Source: Capsulimonadales bacterium (GTDB lineage Bacteria > Armatimonadota > Armatimonadia > Armatimonadales > Armatimonadaceae). From it: DNA of 64,000 bases. This document shows positions 59,402 through 64,000 of the stretch, piece after piece. The stretch is from assembly GCA_033762295.1 (NCBI GenBank), contig JANRLW010000057.1, positions 1 to 64,000 of the forward strand, written 5' to 3'. The position numbers were made by a program, and so were the translations under genes. The notes under the pieces are model-generated. The model was given only the letters and a program-made list of their open reading frames with translations. It was not told the origin of the DNA and ran no database searches. The first letter of the stretch is position 1; each line of letters opens with the position of its first letter.

Positions 59402-61228
59402 ATGTCCCAGCAACTCTGGCAACCGCTTGCCGCCCAGCTACGGGCCGATTCGATACGCTGCACCACCGCCGCCGGAAGCGGCCATCCGACCTCCGGCATG
59501 AGCGCCGCCGACCTGATGGCGGTCCTGCTGACCTCCTACCTGAAATACGACTTCTCCCATCCTCAGCATCCCAACAACGACCACCTCATCTTCAGCAAAG
59601 GCCATGCCTGCCCGGTGCTCTATGCGATGTACAAGGCGGCCGGCGCGATGACGGATGACGAGCTGCTGTCTCTCCGACAGTTCGGCTCGATCTGGGAAGG
59701 GCATCCGACGCCGCTGATCCCGTTTGTCGATGCCGCCACCGGGTCCCTGGGTCAGGGTCTGCCGATCGGCGTCGGGGTCGCTCTGGCCGGTAAGTATATC
59801 GACAAACTGCCCTACAAAGTCTGGGTCGTTTGCGGAGACTCCGAAATGGCGGAGGGGTCGATCTACGAGGCGCTGGAAATCGCGGCCCATTACGAACTGG
59901 ACAACCTGATCGCGATTGTCGATGTCAACAAACTCGGTCAGCGAGGCGAAACGGCTCTGGGTCACGATATGGACCGCTACCGCGCCCGGGCCGAGGCGTT
60001 CGGCTGGCAGGCGATCGTCATCGACGGGCATGACCTGGCGGCGATCGATGATGCGTACACCCGGGCCCTGTCGGCGAAACAGCCGGTCGCGATCCTGGCG
60101 AAGACCGACAAGGGACATGGCGTCTCCTTCCTCTCCGGGGTTCCCGGCTGGCACGGCAAGTCGCTGAAACCGGAGGAGGCCGAGAAAGCCCTGGCCGAAC
60201 TGGGCAATCCGTCCGGTGATCTGCGGATCGACGTGCAAAAGCCGGAGGATCTGCAGCCCGCCCCGCTGCCGTCGGCGACCGAAGTGACCTTCCCCGACTA
60301 CGGGCCGGGCGACAGCGTCGCCACCCGTCAGGCATACGGCGAAGCCCTGAAGGCGCTGGGCGCGGCACGGGCCGATCTCTTCGCCGTCGACGCCGAGGTT
60401 TCCAACTCCACCTTCGCCGAAACGTTCAAGAAAGCCTACCCGGATCGCTTCTTCGAGATGTACATCGCGGAGCAGATCATGGTCTCGGTCGCGCAGGGTC
60501 TGGACGTTCGCCACAAGGTCGCTTTCGCCTCGACGTTCGCCGCCTTCTTCTCGCGCGCCTACGATCAGATCCGTATGGCGGCCGTCTCCCGCGCCAATCT
60601 TCGCCTGGTCGGATCTCATGCCGGTGTCAGTATCGGCGAGGACGGGCCGTCCCAGATGGCGCTGGAAGACCTGGCGATGTTCCGGTCCGTCTTCGGAAGC
60701 GCGGTGCTCTACCCGTCCGATGCCGTCTCGACGGTCCATCTGATCCGGGCCATGGCCGAGCGCAAGGGCATCTCCTATCTCCGCTCCACCCGCGAGAAAA
60801 CCCCGGTGCTGTACGGGCCTGAGGAGCGGTTCCCGATCGGCGGTTCCAAAACGCTCCGCACCTCGGACAGCGACAAAGCGACGATTATCGCGGCGGGCAT
60901 CACGCTGCATGAGAGCCTGAAGGCGGCGGATGAACTGGCCGCTTCCGGGACCCGCGTTCGCGTCATCGACCTGTACTCCGTGAAGCCGATCGATGCGGAG
61001 ACGATCCGCCAGGCGGCGCGGGAAACCGGCCATCTGATCGTCGCCGAGGATCACTGGGCGGAGGGAGGTATCGGGGATGCCGTCCTGGCCGCGCTGGCGG
61101 AGACGCCCGACCTGAAACCGAAGTTTACCCATCTGTGCATCCGCGAAATGCCCCGATCGGGCAAGCCGAACGAACTGATGGACGCTTACGGCATCTCGGC
61201 GAAGCACATCGCCGAAGCCGTGCGCTAA
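59402..61228 (+). CDS. tkt: Transketolase
   Basis: SGHPTS, FSKGHA, TGSLGQG, GDSEMAEG, HAGVSIGEDGPSQ. Confidence 0.95.
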   Translation: MSQQLWQPLAAQLRADSIRCTTAAGSGHPTSGMSAADLMAVLLTSYLKYDFSHPQHPNNDHLIFSKGHACPVLYAMYKAAGAMTDDELLSLRQFGSIWEGHPTPLIPFVDAATGSLGQGLPIGVGVALAGKYIDKLPYKVWVVCGDSEMAEGSIYEALEIAAHYELDNLIAIVDVNKLGQRGETALGHDMDRYRARAEAFGWQAIVIDGHDLAAIDDAYTRALSAKQPVAILAKTDKGHGVSFLSGVPGWHGKSLKPEEAEKALAELGNPSGDLRIDVQKPEDLQPAPLPSATEVTFPDYGPGDSVATRQAYGEALKALGAARADLFAVDAEVSNSTFAETFKKAYPDRFFEMYIAEQIMVSVAQGLDVRHKVAFASTFAAFFSRAYDQIRMAAVSRANLRLVGSHAGVSIGEDGPSQMALEDLAMFRSVFGSAVLYPSDAVSTVHLIRAMAERKGISYLRSTREKTPVLYGPEERFPIGGSKTLRTSDSDKATIIAAGITLHESLKAADELAASGTRVRVIDLYSVKPIDAETIRQAARETGHLIVAEDHWAEGGIGDAVLAALAETPDLKPKFTHLCIREMPRSGKPNELMDAYGISAKHIAEAVR

Positions 61229-61306
61229 TTTCCCTTCCCTCCTCTTTCGCTCCCTTTCCGTCGTGTCTGCCCGGAAAGGGAGTCCCCTTCCTTTCCGCTT
61301 TCCTTC

Positions 61307-61336
61307 GCGGGCGATGCGTTCGCTCGCTTTTTTTTT
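61307..61336 (+). terminator. Rho-independent terminator after tkt
   Basis: GCGGGCGA-loop-TCGCTCGC followed by T9. Confidence 0.7.
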
Positions 61337-61447
61337 CACGGACGACTTTCGGGTATGATTTTTGCCTTGATAAAAGCCGATATATTTCTGTGCTTATTAT
61401 CACACTATTTCATCCTGATATTTGAGCAATAAAGCCGTTTCTATATG

Positions 61448-61476
61448 TTGACAAAAATAGGCAAAACATCGATAAT
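61448..61476 (+). promoter_or_regulatory. Sigma70 promoter in AT-rich region upstream of the adhesin gene
   Basis: TTGACA-N17-GATAAT. Confidence 0.65.
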
Positions 61477-61560
61477 TCGGAGAACCCGCAATGGGTGTGA
61501 CGACGACTATCGAATGAGTTGGTTATTATCGGATACCGATATAAGGGGAAGAGCGCGAAC

Positions 61561-64000
61561 ATGGATATGCGAAATACCGCTGTGAACCGCTGTCAAGTGT
61601 CTTCGAACCGCCGGACGCCTTCCGGTCATCCCTGGCGCAGGGCCGCCCGCCTCGGCGTCGCTGCCGCCATGGCCGCTCTCATGGTTCGCCCCGCTCACGC
61701 CCAGACCTACACCTGGACCGGCGGCGGCAGTGACCTCTTCTGGTTTACGGCGCTGAACTGGGACCTCGGCGCACCGGTCGCCGGAGCGGACATCCGGTTC
61801 ACCAACGCCCTGTCCGCCAACACCACCCTCAACAGCGGCAGCGGCTTCTCGATCTCCTCCCTTCTGTTCGGCCCGAGCGCTCTGGCCACCACCATCAACG
61901 CCACCACCGGGTCCTTCCTGTCCCTCGGTTCGGGCGGCATTACTCACCAGGGGACCGCCACCCACACCCTCGCCGTCCCCATCGCACTGACCGCCGACCA
62001 GACCTGGAGCGTCGCCAGCGGAGGCAACCTGGCCTTCGTCGGCAACGGATCGGACTCCAACGGGGGAATCTCCGGCGCCTTCAACCTGACCAAAACCGGA
62101 GACGGCACCCTCACCTTGAACCTGAGCGCCGGTACCAATACGTTCGGCAATCTGACGATTGCCGGAGGATCGGTCGTCCTGGGGACTCGGACCAACGCCC
62201 ATATCGCCGATACCGCCCGCGTCGATCTGACCAACGCCGGAACCTCCTTCACCATCAACGGGGATGAGACGATCGGGTCGCTGGCCGGAGTCGCCGGATC
62301 GACCGTGAACCTCAACTCCTTCCGCCGCCTGACGGTCGGCGGCGACAACACGAGCAGCACCTTCGCCGGAACGCTGGCCGGAACGGGCGTTCTGATCAAG
62401 ACCGGCACCGGGACGCTGACTCTTTCCGGCATCAACACCGTCGACGGTTTGCAGATCGAAAACGGCACCGTGCAGTTGACCGCCGGCAATACCATCGACC
62501 CCACGACCCTCCTGGTCATGAACGGCGGTGTGCTGAATCTGGCGGCCGATCAGACGATCGGGACACTGACAGGCACGGGGGGCACGCTCAATAACAACGG
62601 CTTCACGCTCACCATTGGCGGAACGGCTTCGCTAAATCCGTTCGCCGGGAACATCACCGGTAGCGGTAATCTCGTCAAGTCCGGGTCCGGCACGCTGATC
62701 CTGACGGGAACCAACACCATGACCGGCACGGTCAGTGTGGTGTCCGGCGGTCTGACCATCGGCGACGGCGGCACGTCGGGAGCCATCTTCACCAACTTAA
62801 TCAACATTTCTGCGGGGGCGACCCTGACCTTCAATCGATCCGACGATCTCGTTTCTCCCGGGCTGAGTACGGGCACCGGCACGACGGTCAAGGACGGGGG
62901 CGGAACGGTCGCCCTGACCGGAAACAGCCCCTTCTCCGGAACGACCGTCATCAACGCGGGAACGCTGGCCCTCGGCAACGGCGGCACCACCGGTTCGATC
63001 AATAGCGGGGTCGTCACCGTCAACAGCGGAGGTAATTTCGCTTTCAACCGGTCCGACGCGCTGAACTTCGGCGGAAACATCGGCGGAGCGGGCACGGTCA
63101 CGAAAAACGGGGCGGGAACGACCACTCTGTCCGGCACCAGCACCTTCACCGGCGGACTCACCATTAACGCCGGGGGCATTCAGCTCGGCGGTAACGGAGC
63201 GAACCTGGCGGACACCGTCCCGGTTATCCTGAACGCCGGCACCTTCACGCTGGGCTCCGCCGATGAAACGATCGGTTCTCTCGCCGGTGCGGCTGGTACG
63301 AACGTCAATGTCGGCTTCCGGAACCTGATTACCGGCGGGAACAATGGCAACACGACGTACGCCGGGGTCGTTTCCGGCTCCGGAGGACTGGTCAAGGAGG
63401 GCACGGGGACCTTCACCCTCACCGGCACCAATACCTTCACCGGCGCGCTGACGGTCAACGCCGGAACGCTCCAACTCGGCGACAGCGGTACCAATATCGC
63501 CAATACCGCGTCGGTCGTGGTCAATGGCGGCACGTTCGCGCTGGGCGCGGCCGGCGAAACGATCGGATCGCTGGCCGGTACCGGCGGCACCGTCAATACG
63601 AACGGCCAGACGATCTCTCTGAACAACTCGACCAGTACCACCTACGCCGGAAGCATCGTCGGCGGGGGAGGTATCGCCAAAGGCGGCACCGGTATCCTGA
63701 CCCTGACCGGCGCGAACACCTTTACCGGCACCGTCGTCGTGACCAACGGGGGTATTTCGGTCGGCAACGGCGGCGCCTCCGGTTCGCTGGTCGGGAACGT
63801 CAACCTTCTCGGCACGGTAACCAGCCTGACCTTTGACCGATCGGATGACTCCACATACGCAGGGACCGTCAGCGGTAACGGTTCGATCACCAAAAATGGC
63901 GCAGGTACGCTGTTCCTGACCGGGAACAACACCAATAACGGCTCGCTGACCGTCAACGCCGGATCGATTTCGGTCGGCAACGGCGGCACGACCGGTTCGC
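61561..64000 (+). CDS. Large secreted autotransporter-associated beta-strand repeat (PATR) protein, 3'-partial; absent from ORF track
   Basis: Open frame from ATG 61561 to the window end; signal peptide ending AHA-QTYTWTGG; ~8 repeats of K.G.GTL.L.G.NT. Confidence 0.9.
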   Translation, partial: MDMRNTAVNRCQVSSNRRTPSGHPWRRAARLGVAAAMAALMVRPAHAQTYTWTGGGSDLFWFTALNWDLGAPVAGADIRFTNALSANTTLNSGSGFSISSLLFGPSALATTINATTGSFLSLGSGGITHQGTATHTLAVPIALTADQTWSVASGGNLAFVGNGSDSNGGISGAFNLTKTGDGTLTLNLSAGTNTFGNLTIAGGSVVLGTRTNAHIADTARVDLTNAGTSFTINGDETIGSLAGVAGSTVNLNSFRRLTVGGDNTSSTFAGTLAGTGVLIKTGTGTLTLSGINTVDGLQIENGTVQLTAGNTIDPTTLLVMNGGVLNLAADQTIGTLTGTGGTLNNNGFTLTIGGTASLNPFAGNITGSGNLVKSGSGTLILTGTNTMTGTVSVVSGGLTIGDGGTSGAIFTNLINISAGATLTFNRSDDLVSPGLSTGTGTTVKDGGGTVALTGNSPFSGTTVINAGTLALGNGGTTGSINSGVVTVNSGGNFAFNRSDALNFGGNIGGAGTVTKNGAGTTTLSGTSTFTGGLTINAGGIQLGGNGANLADTVPVILNAGTFTLGSADETIGSLAGAAGTNVNVGFRNLITGGNNGNTTYAGVVSGSGGLVKEGTGTFTLTGTNTFTGALTVNAGTLQLGDSGTNIANTASVVVNGGTFALGAAGETIGSLAGTGGTVNTNGQTISLNNSTSTTYAGSIVGGGGIAKGGTGILTLTGANTFTGTVVVTNGGISVGNGGASGSLVGNVNLLGTVTSLTFDRSDDSTYAGTVSGNGSITKNGAGTLFLTGNNTNNGSLTVNAGSISVGNGGTTGS

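Noticed and set aside
61507..63989. Series of Val/Pro-rich minus-strand ORFs
   Set aside because: Reverse-frame shadows of the Gly/Thr/Asn-rich plus-strand adhesin

Overview
GC-rich bacterial chromosome window. LptF/G and beta-barrel outer-membrane proteins indicate a diderm, while DnaK lacks the usual Gram-negative insert; together these suggest a diderm Terrabacterium such as Armatimonadota (inference). Most of the window is housekeeping: a sugar ABC transporter, a dnaK-hsp20-dnaJ-hspR-clp heat-shock operon, recX-rny-ymdB, serA, a glycosyltransferase cluster, nuoABCD, pdxS, selA, a GH78 rhamnosidase, lptF/G, transketolase and the 5' part of a large autotransporter-repeat adhesin. Four things stand out. 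(1) A tandem array of at least 7 divergent small beta-barrel OMP paralogs, several preceded by the same ECF-sigma-like promoter motif. (2) A 5.4-kb lower-GC islet without an integrase, bracketed by a 287-bp direct repeat of the pdxS 3' end; it carries a LuxR-PAS regulator and four secreted Ig-like or CsgG/FlgT-like proteins. (3) A degenerate arginyl-tRNA synthetase paralog lacking its tRNA-recognition parts, lying between a CBS-DUF1385 gene and a large secreted protein gene. (4) Several regulatory signals: a non-HAIR palindrome in the dnaK promoter, a Rex-like box at nuoA, leaderless GTG starts and an unannotated 30-aa membrane protein. No rRNA, tRNA, CRISPR array, transposase or integrase was seen. 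Family assignments come from motif recognition by eye; no database search was run.
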